From: a virus | Taxonomy: Duplodnaviria; Caudoviricetes | DNA length: 25,285 bases | Reading direction: 5' to 3' (one strand) | Virus record (IMG/VR): IMGVR_UViG_3300032247_000307 | Location: 1 to 25,285 of that record | Shown here: positions 25,282 to 25,285 of the stretch, piece by piece | Position numbering within the stretch: position 1 is the stretch's first letter | Layout of the letters: each line of letters opens with the position of its first letter | Notes under the pieces: generated by a model | Told to the model about the DNA's origin: nothing | The model's database searches: none | The model's input: the letters and a program-made list of their open reading frames with translations, nothing else | Program-made: the position numbers and the translations under genes

Positions 25282-25285
25282 CTAA

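Noticed and set aside
1-25285. CRISPR array, rRNA, integrase/transposase, reverse transcriptase
   Set aside because: No regularly spaced repeats or diagnostic motifs seen by eye.

Overview
AT-rich, gene-dense, almost entirely minus-strand segment of what is most likely a large (jumbo-type) tailed dsDNA phage genome, read with the standard bacterial code. A Bug/TctC-family protein hints at a betaproteobacterial host (inference). From the left: (1) a replication/recombination block with a 197-aa mini DnaE-like protein, an Endo VII-type nuclease, a Zn-finger protein, a gp62-like clamp-loader subunit, a UvsW-like helicase and an AAA+ ATPase, interrupted by accessory genes, one of them frameshifted; (2) a ~7 kb divergent sugar synthesis/methylation/glycosyl-transfer cassette; (3) a TctC + PP-loop gene pair, Fe/2OG oxygenases and dCMP deaminase; (4) a region headed by a -10 box and an rrn-type boxA, in which five tRNAs (Leu, Cys, fMet, Val, Gly) and two ~265-280 nt structured non-coding elements alternate almost seamlessly with protein genes (radical SAM, PagP-like beta-barrel, 2OG oxygenase). 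The strongest novelty candidates are the two large ncRNAs with their tRNA-punctuated operon, and the miniature C-family polymerase. All product calls rest on motifs read by eye; no searches were run.
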